64,000 nt of DNA, from positions 11,966,001 to 12,030,000 of the forward strand of contig OZ024755.1 of NCBI GenBank assembly GCA_964016885.1. Direction: 5' to 3'. Source of the stretch: Eledone cirrhosa. Its lineage: Eukaryota. The notes beneath the pieces were generated by a model. The model had not been told where the DNA came from, ran no database searches, and was given only the letters and a program-made list of their open reading frames with translations. Positions within the stretch are counted from its first letter, which is position 1. Every line of letters starts with the position of its first letter. The translations under genes were made by a program, and so were the position numbers. Shown here in pieces: positions 12,849 through 26,622 of the stretch.

Positions 12849-13140
12849 AATCCAATGAATCCATAAACCATCTCTGTGTGTGCTAGCACTATTACTAACA
12901 GTAATAGTAGCAGTAGAAGTATTTAGGGATTGGATTATAAAGAGGGATTAATCCAGCATCCATCTGCAACTAATTAACAACAATGATATCAGTAACAACC
13001 AATGGGATCTCATCAATAGCTACCCCAGCCCCTTATAGTAATACAATTACACATCAATAGCTACTGTATCGTTATATATTCATTCATTAGTAGCTGTTAT
13101 ACCGCCATACAGTAATACAGTAATAGCTACTACGAAACTA

Positions 13141-13338
13141 CGAAGGTCGGTTGAAAAGTTCATAGGCTGACGAAGATACTCTCATAGAATGACCAAATGA
13201 GGTTTATTTTTCAACATTGTTCCTGGAAAGAAACAATGTAGTTACTAATAAGAAGAGTTGAAATTAATGCATGAAAGATTTCGCAGCTCTAGCATCATTC
13301 CTTCATAGTCAGCCTATGTACTTTTCAGTAGACCCTTG
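13141..13338. mobile_element. Mariner-type MITE
   Basis: TIRs cgaaggtcggttgaaaagttcataggctgac / gtcagcctatgtacttttcagtagacccttg, flanked by TA on both sides. A related copy lies at 63226-63425. Confidence 0.8.
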
Positions 13339-13459
13339 TATAACGATCGACCGGATCCCAGACCTCAGGGGTGGAGCTCGTCAAATCCGACCAAGGAAAC
13401 AATTATTCCATTTGGGCTTTCCATTGCTGATACTATCTACTGGTAGCAACTCCTGGCAG

Positions 13460-13580
13460 AAAAGAACAACGTAAAATAAAGTGTCTTGCTCAAAGGCATA
13501 ACACATCCTCCAGCCCGGGAATCGAACTCGCAACCTCACAATTTCGAATCCAATTCTCTAATCACTAATTCACGCGCCTT
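13460..13580 (-). mobile_element. tRNA-derived SINE, family B (head)
   Basis: aaataaagtgtcttgctcaa...gggaatcgaactc...ctctaatcactaa is the reverse complement of an A/B-box head. The same motif recurs many times in the window. Confidence 0.75.
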
Positions 13581-13614
13581 CACAAATTGGTCACAATTCC
13601 TATAACACCATATA

Positions 13615-13832
13615 GTGGTTTCTGATTTAGGCAGATGGCCAACAATTTATGGGGAGGGCAACGTCGATTAAATCGACCCCAGTGTGTTACTGGTACTTTA
13701 TTTTGTAGACCCCGTAAGGATGAAAGACAAAGCCAACTCTGGCAGGATTTTAACTGAGAACACAAAGGGCCGTAACTATGCTGCAAATCATTGTGTCCGA
13801 CGCTCTACTGATACGACCAATCCACTACCCTA
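13615..13832 (-). mobile_element. tRNA-derived SINE, family A (long form)
   Basis: Core tactggtactttatttt...gaccccgtaaggatgaaag. It retains the gtcgattaaatcgacccc segment that is missing from the younger local copies. Confidence 0.85.
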
Positions 13833-14071
13833 TATCATCATATAATAATAGTTACACATCAATATCTACTATATCGTTATAAAGCAATATAGTCGTATCG
13901 ATATATAGATATATAATCATATATATGCCATATAGTCATATACCCACATATCAAAAGCAAGCATGAATCAACATACCTTCCTTTCTTTCTTTATATATTT
14001 AGTAATTTACCTCTTTTTCTTCTTTTTTTTAACATTTGAAGGTAATATAGTCAAATAGTGGTCATGTCATT

Positions 14072-14925
14072 ATATAGTCATACAGCTAAACACCAAAACG
14101 TAACATAGTCATACAGCTAAACACCAAAACGTACCATATAGCCATACAGCTAAACACCAAAACGTACCATATAGTCATACAGCTAAACACCAAAACGTAC
14201 CATATAGCCATACAGCTAAACACCAAAACGTACCATATAGTCATACAGCTAAACACCAAAACGTACCATATAGCCATACAGCTAAACACCAAAACGTACC
14301 ATATAGTCATACAGCTAAACACCAAAACGTACCATATAGTCATACAGCTAAACACCAAAACGTACCATATAGCCATACAGCTAAACACCAAAACGTACCA
14401 TATAGTCATACAGCTAAACACCAAAACGTACCATATAGTCACACAGCTAAACACCAAAACATACCATATAGTCATACAGCTAAACACCAAAACGTACCAT
14501 ATAGCCATACAGCTAAACACCAAAACGTACCATATAGTCACACAGCTAAACACCAAAACGTACCATATAGTCACACAGCTAAACACCAAAACATACCATA
14601 TAGTCATACAGCTAAACACCAAAACGTACCATATAGTCATACAGCTAAACACCAAAACGTACCATATAGTCATACAGCTAAACACCAAAACGTACCATAT
14701 AGCCATACAGCTAAACACCAAAACGTACCATATAGTCACACAGCTAAACACCAAAACATACCATATAGTCATACAGCTAAACACCAAAACGTACCATATA
14801 GTCATACAGCTAAACACCAAAACGTACCATATAGCCATACAGCTAAACACCAAAACGTAACATAGCCATACAGCTAAACACCAAAACATACCATATAGTT
14901 ATATAGATACCATATAGTCATATAG
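14072..14925. repeat. 33-bp minisatellite (atagtcatacagctaaacaccaaaacgtaccat), ~25 copies
   Basis: Directly visible and highly homogeneous. It explains the repetitive 14086..14889 ORF. Confidence 0.97.
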
Positions 14926-15022
14926 CTGATCAAAGAACTTATATATAAATAATTGACCAGTATCTAATAAACACAAAACACACTATTGAAGGGAATTTAA
15001 AAAAAAAAAAGAAGAAAAAAGA

Positions 15023-15319
15023 TCAGGCAACGAACGAAAGAAGAGGGACGGACACCTTGCCTTGCGTCAAAATGGTAAAGGTGTAACCACGGAGAATGGT
15101 CAGAGGCACCCACTACAAAAGTCAGCCCAACTTATGAGGCGCCTTCCTCAAGGGAGCCTCTGTCTTTTCGACTTCACAGATGAAATCAGCAGTGCGGGGA
15201 CGTAGGACGCCAGAAGTTTCGACGGAGACTGGTGCAAAGAGGAAGTGGTCAGTCAGGCCCCGGTCTTTGACTATCTTCCTCTCCAGTGCATTGCGGGGAG
15301 TTGAACCCGGGTTTGTCGT
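15023..15319 (-). mobile_element. 3' fragment of a CRE-clade non-LTR retrotransposon (restriction-like endonuclease region), decayed
   Basis: Translates as TTNPGSTPRNALERKIVKDRGLTDHFLFAPVSVETSGVLRPRTADFICEV...LG*LL*WVPLTILRGYTFTIL. This resembles the CRE C-terminal motifs E..K..KY...F.P..VET.G..G and S.A..RGN. It has two in-frame stops. Confidence 0.8.
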
Positions 15320-15739
15320 CGAAACGACAAGATTGGAGATAGCAAAAGCTACTGTTTAGTTATATAGCCACATATCAATAGCTATCCTTTAGTCATATAG
15401 GCACTACATGTTATCTTATTTGTATAGAGATAACCAAGGCTGAACCATCTTAGATGATGTATAGTATATGATGTGTGTGTAGGTGTGTTATAGACTGGGT
15501 TTTGTTGTGTGTGTGTTGTGAGTTCTATGTGTGTGTGAGCCTATGTCTGTTGTATGTATTGTGTGTGTTGTAGGTTGTGTTGTTATTTATGTGTCGTGTG
15601 TATGTGTGTGTTATGTTTGCGTTGTGTCATGTATGTGTGTGCGCGTGTGTGTGTGTTGTGTATGCATGTTGCACGTTTTGTAAGTGTATCTGTTGGGTTG
15701 CATGTGTTGTGTTTTCGGTGTCGCCAGAATTGAAGCTAA

Positions 15740-15742
15740 TTT

Positions 15743-15774
<32 letters not shown>

Positions 15775-15945
15775 ATACTACTAACATCATCATCACTACT
15801 ACCAATACCGTCACTACTACTACTACTACCACCACCACCACCACCACCATCACCAAAACTCTACGACCCAACATCACATTTACCACAACCACCAACGCTG
15901 CTACTACCGATCACATCTACTACCACCACTACCACACTACAGACG

Positions 15946-15991
<46 letters not shown>

Positions 15992-16075
15992 CCAAAGTCG
16001 CAACCACCACAACCACCCACCACCCTACATCACATCCACCACTACTTCACAACATCCCTTTCACCATCACCACAC
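15740..16075. repeat. (ACT)n/(ACC)n low-complexity tract
   Basis: Directly visible. Confidence 0.9.
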
Positions 16076-16329
16076 ACTAATATTAACCCATATTCTACCC
16101 TACATCTAGTGCCTTTCTTTCAATTCTTCCTTCCACTTTCTACCTGAATTCCTTTCATCGTCTTTCATTTTCGGGCTTCTTTCCTTTCTTCTTTTCTTTC
16201 TTTTAATCCTTCTTTCTTTTACTCCTTTCTTTTCCCCGTTAATTCCTGTATTTTACTCGGTCTTCTTCTATTCCTTCTTCTTAGTTTGTATTCCTTCTTT
16301 GCATCATGATCGTCTTTCTTTTTTCTTAA

Positions 16330-16815
16330 TTCTTCATCATCATCATCATCATCATCGACATTTTCCTCTTGCATCGTCATCATCATCATCAATAACTCCA
16401 GATTTAGCATATAAGGGGGAGGGAGGCGGTGGAGGGGTGAAGGAGATGATAATGACGAATGTGATGATTTCATTTATTCGCCACAAGGACACAAGACGTT
16501 GGAGACGATACAACGAGACAATTATTATTTTCTTATGCTTTCTTTTATCAATGATAATAATAATAATGGTTTGTCCCATCATGCCTACACCCACTATCAT
16601 CCTTCTAATTAGCATTATCCACGTCATTCATCATCATCATCACCATCACAACCACCACTATCACCACCATCATCATCATCATCATCATATCATCATTGCC
16701 GCCACCGCCATCATCATACTAATTAGCATTTTCAGCACCATCATCACCACCAACATGATGAACACCACCATTATTATCATCATTGTCACCGCCATCATCA
16801 TCATCATCATCATCG
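16330..16815. repeat. (CAT)n-rich low-complexity region
   Basis: Directly visible. Confidence 0.85.
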
Positions 16816-17909
16816 AATTACATTCTCTTTATCGCTTCATCTTCAGCTTCATTTTCTTTTTTCCTTCTTTCCGTGTATATTTTTGTCATTAATCATTTGG
16901 TCTGTGTTTTACCTCTCTACTCCACTCACGTTATCATTATCATCATTTTCATCTTCATTTTCTTCCCTCTCATTTGTCTTAAAATTAAATTACCAAACCT
17001 ATCATTTGTCACTGTATGTTCGAAATATCTCACCATCTGCGACACACTGTGCCATTACTGTCATACATCGTGGTATTCCTGTGACATAGTGTGCCATTCT
17101 TGTGAGTCACTGTGTCAAATGCGATTCATCTGACACAGTGTAACATTTCTGATAAAATGTTTCAACCTGGAATCTGTTGCTCACGCCGATGATTGCTGTT
17201 GTTGATGATGCTGATGATGACCCTGCTTCGGTCGTAACTGACCATGGGATTGCACCTAGAAAGGTCCTCTCCAATACGCAAGCCCAGACAAATTGTTTTA
17301 TAGTGTTTGTAAATGTTAATCAAATTAGTACAGGAATGAACTAAATATCCTTTTTGTTTTAGAAATACATTAAACGCCATCAAAAGACATTTAGCGGACA
17401 ATTTTATATGACTCTTCCAAATATAAATACAGTTTTCTTGAATTTCTAAAACCTTTAAATTATCTCTAGTTGGTTCCTGTACTCCTTTAATTATTTTCAT
17501 TTTATTTTATGTAATTATTTTAAATCAACTATATAAATGAAGAATTCCTTGGTAGAAATTCCTAGAATTTTGAGGTGGTGAAGTGTTACTGGAGCACTTA
17601 AACCAAGTGTTGGATAATATGATATTTAAAAACCAGGCTAAAAATCAAAGTTAAATGTTTCTAACATAGTTAGGTGAACAGCGAATTGTCAGAATCCTAA
17701 GAGCATCGCACTGTATGTCTCGGTATTTGTTTTGGCTCACTGCGATCTGTGTTCAAATTCCCGAGCTCAACTTTGCCTTTTACTCTTTTGAAGTCGATAG
17801 ATAAAGTATTAGTCCAGTACTGAGGTGGATTCCGCCTCTATCAGTGATAGAGATAGAGTCTATCTCTAGCATTCTCGCATTTTCTCCTTCTCTGGAAGAA
17901 ATGGAGAGA

Positions 17910-18048
17910 TAGTGTGGGAACTGCGAGGCTAGGTTGGCACACTATGGAACTGGGGAGCTACAGTGATACAGTATGGAAATATGGAGCTAGGGTGACCCCT
18001 ATGGCAATGGGGAAATAGGGTGGAAAATACGGCACTTCAGAGCTAGTA
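17910..18048. repeat. Degenerate ~29-bp tandem repeat (tatggaactggggagctagggtg...)
   Basis: About 5 diverged copies. Confidence 0.6.
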
Positions 18049-19787
18049 CAGTAATAAATAACATCACATTTATGAAACGTGTTTGCTTATTATGGTTTCT
18101 AGAATCTATCTGTCCTGCTGTTGTTGGGTTTCCGTCCGTTCCGAAACGAGTGTTTCAGTTAATTGATCAACCTGAAAATGACTGAGCATTAATCAAATAA
18201 CCTGTAACGTTAACATACGTAGTTCTCAGGGAGATTCAGCTTGACACAAGAGTGATAAATTTGACTACATTGGAGCAACGTGAAATATAAAGTGTCTTGC
18301 GGTCGTGAGCTGAACACAACTAACCACAACTAAGCCGCACGCCTGCATATTTTCCAAGTATAGTGAATAAAACACTACATATTTCTTAGGAATGTGGGGC
18401 TAAGCTATAATCCTAAGACACAGTGTTCGACAAACAAACTGATAAATAATATCACCTTAACAAAAAGTGGTTTCATATATTTAACTGAGATTTAATTATA
18501 TTTTATACACCCTACTTGTTATTGACTATATTACGGTTGGGTTTAAAGGAAGAATAACTGTTCCGGTATGTGAGAAATTTAATTTACCTTTTGAAAATAG
18601 ATTGCGGAAATTATCCAACTGTTCTTTTGTTGTCGGTTGTTATTGACTACGGAAACTGTGGCAAGTAATATGAGAGCAAAACGAAGTCTCATGAGTGTAT
18701 TATTCTTATATGCCAATCTCTCTCTCCCCCTTTCTAACATATATATAAATATAAATATAAATATATATATATATGGGGGGGGGGTATGTTTTTATGTGTA
18801 TGTGTGTGCTTCGCTGTATACGTGCTTATGAGATGGATATTATGCACAAATGATGAAAATAAAATTGCAAAACCTTATATATCTTTTATAATAAACCGCA
18901 AGAGTCTTATGACACATTTTTGGTTAGATATGTTTTTGGAATGGGAAATTGATAGGTTCCTCCTTGAGATCCCTCCAAACAACGTTGACAAAACGGTCAA
19001 TAGACAAATTGGCAGATAAATACGGCATCAATTAATTTTATCTAGCTATCTAGCTGTCTATCTATCTATTTTATTTTTCGTTATATTTTATTTTATTTTT
19101 ATATATTGTTATTGCCTCCTCCTTATTGAGGACGCCTTGTTTTGTAAACTCCCCCCATTGTACTTGTCCCACTTTTGATGCCCTGGTGGCAAATAAAAGA
19201 AACATATCTATCTGTGTATCTACCTATATATCTGTATATCAATCTACCTACATGTTTATCTACCAGTCTGTCTCTTTATCTTTCTGTTTGTCTCTCTGTA
19301 GTTATTTATTTACTTATGCATCCATCTTCGATATAGAATAACAATAACAACAAAACACAAATAACCACAATAGAAGTCTGAAAACAGACAGATAGACAGG
19401 AAGAATGAAAGATAGATAGACAGTCAGACAGGCAGATAGATAGAAAAAGGTCATTGCAATTTAGTGGATATATATTTGATAATGATTAAAGAAAATAAGG
19501 AAAATGATTGTAATTTATTTAAATGAAAGTAAAATGAAATACGTGATTGCTGAAATGATAAAAGGAAGAACGAAAAGGAAAATCTAGGATTCAAGAATCT
19601 TCAGTGTGGTTATCAAAGAATTATATATTCAATATCTTTTTATTATAAAGCCCATCATTTTTGACGGGCACTATGCTAATAAAAATATCTAGAAATAAAT
19701 TCATATGAAACATACCTGTATGTATATGTGTCCCCTCCCCTCCACACACAGACACCCCATGTATATATATGGAGAGAGAGAGAGACA

Positions 19788-19838
<51 letters not shown>

Positions 19839-21321
19839 AGAGAGAGATATAGACGTTGTATGAGTGAAAGTGTACAGAGGCCTTGCATTTCAGTCGAATT
19901 GCACTGTACATCTACTTTGGGTCCTTTCATAATTTGGGGAGAATCGTTGATTTCATGGCACACAGATAGGTAGGTACACACACAGTCACACACATACATA
20001 TATATTTATATATAATCATTCACGTTTCGGTATTTTTAATAACATTTTAATAAATAGTTCTACAATTAGAATTTAATATATTTCTATACATTTTAATTAC
20101 TATTAATATTACTTTGTAATATTTCATATTAAATCTTAATCGTACTCACCTCTGCTCAAAGGTGGATTGTTTAGTAAAAATCCAATATCGACTTTTAATT
20201 TTATGTTTTTTTGTATTTAACCCGTTTCTATTTTTCATTTTCTCTTTCGTTGTTCGGTACTTTGCAGATATTTTTTCTTTCATATTTTTATTTATTTATT
20301 TATCTTTTTTTTGTCGTGCAATGGAATTTTTCTAATACGAAGTACTTCTGGGATTAACGAATGCAAAATAATTTTGAAAAGCAATGCTGTAAATTCTATC
20401 TATGAAATGAAATAAAATGAATTCACAGTTCAAGCTTATGTAGGTTTTGTTGGTATCCTGTGAGGTTGCATTTCACAGGAGGTATCGCAGGTGCTATGGA
20501 AAGTAACGCGAAATGAAGTGTCTTAGTCAAGAACAAAACAAGCCACCCGATTCAGGAACCGAACGAAGGATCTTATAATCTTGAATATAACACCCCAAAA
20601 CTACGTGCCTTCATATATTTATAGATAATCATTAATATATGAAAAACGATGTGCTAGGTGATTCGATAGTCCGATGTCAGGTTTAATAACGTATAGAAAG
20701 AGAGATGAGAGAGTTGAGAGTTGGCATATAAGTTAGAGAAGGAGTATGCATACTTATGGTGGTAACCAAACCAGGGATAAAGAACACTTAACCGAAAGCG
20801 TGTAAATACAGCAACACACCTAACGTAGACGCACGTAGAATTTTGGGCGTTTCTACGGCGTTTAGGATTTCTTTTCACGCTTTCTTGGTTAGTTTTCATA
20901 CATGGAATATACATATATGTATATTTGTCCTCGCATTTTCTTTTACTCCCTTTCTCCTCTATCTTCACCATCTCCATCCAGATCCTAACCGCCACATTAC
21001 CCACTCAACTACAAAACAACAGACACCCATACATAACCAGACTGACCAAATTTGAGTGACATTCCTGATGTTTTCATACGAATTAAACAGTTCTAGTCCT
21101 GTTGGAGTCATTTCTACATAAAATAAATTTGCCTATATTCTACCAATGTATCGAATACGAATCTACACATTATCACTTGAATGGAAAAAATATAATTATA
21201 TTTTGAATTTAATTAACTACCTCTATAACGTGATATGAGCTGGGAAGAATGAAAGCGCTCGATTCAATTTATAAACAATATATTATGATTATATTTATTT
21301 GTTCAAATGATAAAAAAATTA

Positions 21322-21370
<49 letters not shown>

Positions 21371-21373
<3 letters not shown>

Positions 21374-21517
21374 CGAAGGAAATGTGGTAAGGAACCAGGT
21401 GGACCATAACGCACCAAAGTACTCAATACTTAGGGTAGTAGAGTGGGTAATAGGACTCAGTCCAGAATTAGCCGTCGAAACGGCTTGAGCTCAGCCGTCG
21501 GGGTCTTACTTGTTCCT
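21371..21517. mobile_element. Short (TA)n-embedded insert, probable Penelope-like 3' end with an inverted segment and a partial hammerhead
   Basis: Flanked by (TA)n. Contains GAAACGGCT-TGAGCTC-AGCCGTC (helix III plus GUC site). Its left 85 bp recur inverted at 40930-41012. Confidence 0.6.
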
Positions 21518-21538
21518 ATATATATATATATATATATA

Positions 21539-21600
21539 TTAAAATAACAGATTAAAGTTTAAGCAAAGAATAGCTGCTTTCACCCTTAACGGGATCTTCA
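21539..21600 (-). mobile_element. Short (TA)n-embedded insert with hammerhead-like motif
   Basis: The minus strand reads TGAAGA-TCCC-GTTAA-GGGT-GAAAGCAGCTA. A near-identical sequence lies at 33380-33440 (+). Confidence 0.6.
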
Positions 21601-21677
<77 letters not shown>

Positions 21678-22789
21678 GTTCTTAATTGATTTGTATAATA
21701 TATTTCGTCATATATTTTAAATTACCTTTCCATCTTTACACCAAAATCATGTTGAAAATAGAAGTCTTTTGTAATGTATTGTATTGTTTAATACTGTTAG
21801 TTAACTTGTGTGATTAAACGAATTTGTTTTTAAACTGAAATCTCTGGGAAGCTGTCCAATACAATTTTTGTAACAACTAGTAAGACAATATCTTCAAAGT
21901 TATCCCTGTTTGAAGCACAATGGGCTTTAATGACATTAATATGGTCATGTTTTAAAACCCCTCATGGAACAATACGGTTCAATTAAACAGAATATATAGG
22001 ATTTTAAAAGGAGATTCATCCCCTTTTGTTATAATCAACGTATAGCCTGCGTGGAGGAAGTTTTGTATAGTGAAGTAGTGGAGGTTTTAGTGAAGCATTC
22101 AGAGAAATTGTGATTCGCATCTAATTTGGGGAAGATCTTTCTCAAATTCTTGATTACATTGCCTACCAGTGAGGCATCCTCTATTGTAAGCCAGCATTAG
22201 GCTACATAAATATATCTCACCAAACGGATGTTAGCATGTGAAGAGGAGAATTCAGTACTGTAAGCTAAGAATACATTGCTTAACAACAGAGATTTATGGA
22301 GAAACGATGGGAAACCGCGACAATTTGACTGATCGGGTATGCTCTGAAGACACGAGTAGATTGATATCTTTAAAATGATTTGTAGCTTGTGGTTGAAATA
22401 TAGCACTTTTATCCACTGAAAATAAAAACAGTTACTAGTCAATACTTTCCTATTATAAATATTATGTATTGTTGTTGTTTGACTATAATGTTCCGGATTA
22501 TCAGTCAAGGAAGATCGATGTTTCAGAGTCTATTGCCATTGCTGCAATATGGTCATAACCAAAACAATAGATTCTCTTGGCCGTTTAATATAACTAGCAC
22601 CGTGTGCGTGTGTGTGTGTGTGTGTGTACGGGTAGAGATAGTTATCACCACTGTAAACAGAAAAATCATTGCGTAATTAATGAGATTTTCATTAGCTTGC
22701 AGTGCTCAGTTGAAGTTCATTTATGGATTTGGGTCATGATAGACGTTCTCTGCATCACTATTCAGTCATATGTATTTATAAGTAGCGTT

Positions 22790-23085
22790 CGGTTTACAAT
22801 GGTAAGGTCGTGTGTTCAATTTCCAGCGGTGCGTTTTGTCCTTGAACAATGCACTTCATTCCACGTTGGTCCAGTCCACTCAACTGGCAAAAATGATTTG
22901 TACTTACAAATCAAAGGGCCAGTGATGTCATAAAGGGCCAGTGATGTTATACTGTATCTCCATGTAAACTAAGTTAAGTGTACACGTATTGTAGAATGCT
23001 CAGCCCCGTGCATGTTAAATTCACGAGTAGGCTGTTTCCCCAGTTCAAACAACTGGAACACTGATATTGTCGTAACAGAAGGAGG
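22790..23085 (+). mobile_element. SINE family B, long diverged copy
   Basis: ttcatttccacgttg..ccagtccactcaactggcaaaaatga...gaatgctcagcc. Similar copies lie at 27265-27525, 32950-33130 and 46130-46400. Confidence 0.7.
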
Positions 23086-23545
23086 TCCTACGATGCCTTG
23101 CATATAAACAGAGGGCATTGCTCACTGCAGACAGATACAGTTTAGAGTTTCACACACATTTCTTATTACTTTACTAGATATTGTAAAGTTTATTATACTT
23201 TATAATGCGCAATTCTGCACTGTATCATCTATAATGACTTCGGCTTTCATATGTTTAACCGATTTCACTGTTAGCATCAACTATGATAAACAATCAATTA
23301 TTCCTTTAGTAGAACTAACAAAAACTCCCAGATTTATGGGATAGATTCTGCGCTCAATTTAGTTATCAAAATAACTAGCGCCATTCGCTTCCAGCTAGCG
23401 CATGCAGCGGGCTTGAAATGGTCGCCTTTATTCACATTTAACAATTTAATATATAAATTCAACTATACCTTATATAAATTGAACAGACATTGTACTTTCT
23501 ATAAAATAAATTTATAATCATAACTGTTACGTTAATAAGAATATA

Positions 23546-23928
23546 ACTGTTTCTACTTTTGGCACTAGACCAGCAATTACCCAGTGTATTACTGATGCTT
23601 TATTTTATCGACCCCGTAAGGATGAAAGACAAAGTTAACCTCGGCGGGATTTGAACTCAGAATGGCAAGGGCAGTAACTCTATGAGTCAAAGCATGGCGC
23701 CCGATCCTCTACCGATACTGCCAATCCATCGTTGGTAATAATTGTTTCTACCTTTGGCACAAGGCCAGCAATTATTCCAGTGTATTACTGGTACTTTATT
23801 TTATCGACCTCGTAAGGTTGAAAGGCAAAGTTAACCTCGGCGGGATATGAACTCAGACCATAAAGGCTGTAACTCTTTGTTGCAAAGTATGGCGTCCAAC
23901 CCTCTACCGATACTGCCAATCCACCGGT
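23546..23928 (-). mobile_element. Two tandem SINE family A copies
   Basis: Two consecutive ~190-bp units: tgtttctac...ggcacaaggccagcaatt...ggatttgaactcag...ccgatactgccaatcca. Confidence 0.9.
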
Positions 23929-24123
23929 AATAATAATTAATATTCAATTCATAACTCATTGTCTTAACGACTTCCATTGGTATTGTCCCAAGATTGGAAA
24001 ATGTATAATTATAAATGTTCGGATCACGACCGGTTAACAGTCTTATAATGAGAGAGACTATACAACAGGCTAATGCTCTTGTACCATGATCATCTTGGAA
24101 AGCGGACAGACAGACAGACACAT

Positions 24124-24201
<78 letters not shown>

Positions 24202-26553
24202 CGAAAGCTATACAAGTTTGAAGATATATATAATAAAATACATACATACTAATTCTTTTTAACATTGACACAAAACTATCAATTTGGGGGAGAGAAAGTG
24301 GAGTATATCAACTACAGTATTTAACTGGTAACCTATTTTATCGATCGCGGATGGATGAAAGAGAACGATTAAATAAAGTACCTATTATGTACTAGAGGCA
24401 GAAGATGTTATACAAATGTTAATAAAAATTTATTCTAATTTATTTTGAAAATACGCAGATATAAAAATTGTGTGGTTTCCTGACTAGCATGTCCATCATA
24501 TGGTCATATGTTCAAACCTCATACACCCTTTGTTTTGCACTCCTAGAAATGTCCTGCTTCATCAACAATATATCATATTTACAGTTGGCAACATTTCCAT
24601 GGCCACTAGGCTTGCTAGAAATAGAAGACAAATGTCACTCACACCAAACCCTACCACCTTACAAAAGAAAGGGACAAAGTAGATAACATAGCCCTATATG
24701 AATTATGCCTTTATAAAAAATATAATGGTCAAAGTCGGAAGGTGTTTGATCGTAGATATGGCCAATCTCATTTGATCTGGGGTTTAAATATGAAGAACAA
24801 GTCCAGCAATAACAATTACTCTAAAAATATAAATAAGTTAACGTTTTCAAAAATAAAAAAATCACTCAGTCATAATTCCATAGACACAAAAAAACGAAAG
24901 GACTAAAGAAGCTATATTTCCATCGGTTTTTCTATTTCTGATATTATCTGCCGATCACAACATTTGGGAGAGGTGAGAGGATTGAACTCAGAACACAGAG
25001 AATCAGAACTGGTGTCAAAAGCCTCTTACTTGACACTTTAATGATTCTAGTAAACTACCCCTCCTAGAGTAGTACTTTATTTATCGACCAGGTTTAAATG
25101 CCCAAGGCATACCGCATGAGAGGGTGGCGCCTCTATAACTACACCAGGAGTTCTGATTACATATATGAATTCCATATATGACAGTGAAATTTAATTTTGA
25201 GGGAAAATTTGAGTGCTGTTTTTAGCAAGTCAAGCAAATGACCCATCGTTTGCCATATTGGTTTGAAATTTGTTTTGTTGGTTTCGTTTGTGAAGTCTAA
25301 AACGCATCTGGTTTATATATTAGTCATATAGTGTATAGTGTATGGCTTTTGAGGCGAAATCCCATTGGGTATGTGGGTAAATCAAAATGTTTCTCTGATT
25401 AGTCTTTCACATCATCCACTAACTTTATGTTGCCATGAAGTAAAATTTGGGAACCTTGGTAGATTTCTGTGTGAACTGCTATTACATCTTCACGAAAAGG
25501 GTTAGTGTCAGCCCGACCGTAAGAAGACAATGACATTTCTGGCTCAATCATCATCATCACTATAACCACCATCAGTTACATCATCATTATCATAATCACC
25601 ATTGTAATGTTCAACCATTCTAGCCCTAAATCTGCTCCCCTCTCCCTTATTCTTGATCTTCGACCGCCACTACCATCTTCTCTTTTTTCTCACCCCCCAC
25701 ACTCTATCGTCCTAAACCTCTGCATCACCATCGGCGCTGGAAAATTGATTTAATATACATATATATATATTTTTTTTTTTACAAAGCGGAAAAGCTGGCT
25801 TTGAACAGGTCTACAAAATAAGCATTTCTCCATCTACCCTTCAGACACTCCTCCTACTACGACCCTCTCCTCCTCCATAATCCCCATCATCATCACAGCC
25901 AATAGATCCTTTATTGGTTTTCGAATATAAAAACATAGACATACAAACACACAGAACCGCGCACATAAAAATACACCCAACAAAATCACACACATGCACA
26001 CACACACACGTATACACAAACAAAAAACGCACACACGTACACAAACAAAAACCTACGCACACAAGCCCACACACACAATCATACATATACGCACGCCCAC
26101 ACAAACCCACGCACACATACTCACATACATACACCTACACACAAATACACATATCCATGCACAAAGATATACATAATACAAGTGGCGAGAAGATACACAA
26201 AAATAAAAGCAGCCTCTTCCATCAATGTTGTAAAAATAAGGCACCCGCCCACCCCACTATCAAACTCCCCCATTTTATATAAAACATCAACAATCACAAA
26301 TTCACAAACAACAGCAAACCAAAACAGCCCCCCCCCCCCCCCCTTACGTTATAACAATAATAATAAAGAAGAGAAATTTAATAAAACAAACAGTACTGCA
26401 TGCATAATTTAGTAGTTGCCATTAGAAACGGATGAGTCAGTACTGTAAAGTGAATTTGTGTTTATCATTTCACAGATGAAATGCTTCTGGTTAGTAAGTA
26501 AAAACAGGATAGAATAGAAAAGGATAGGAATATTATTGGAGTTACTTGAATTT

Positions 26554-26622
<69 letters not shown>

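Noticed and set aside
14086-14889. 267-aa ORF (WYVLVFSCMTI)n
   Set aside because: Read-through of a 33-bp minisatellite, with no unique sequence or gene context.
14072-14925. CRISPR-like periodicity (33-bp repeats)
   Set aside because: Repeats are head-to-tail with no unique spacers or cas genes, and the context is eukaryotic.
20140-20200. Minus-strand donor (cagag|gtgagt)
   Set aside because: An isolated signal with no matching acceptor or coding exon identified.
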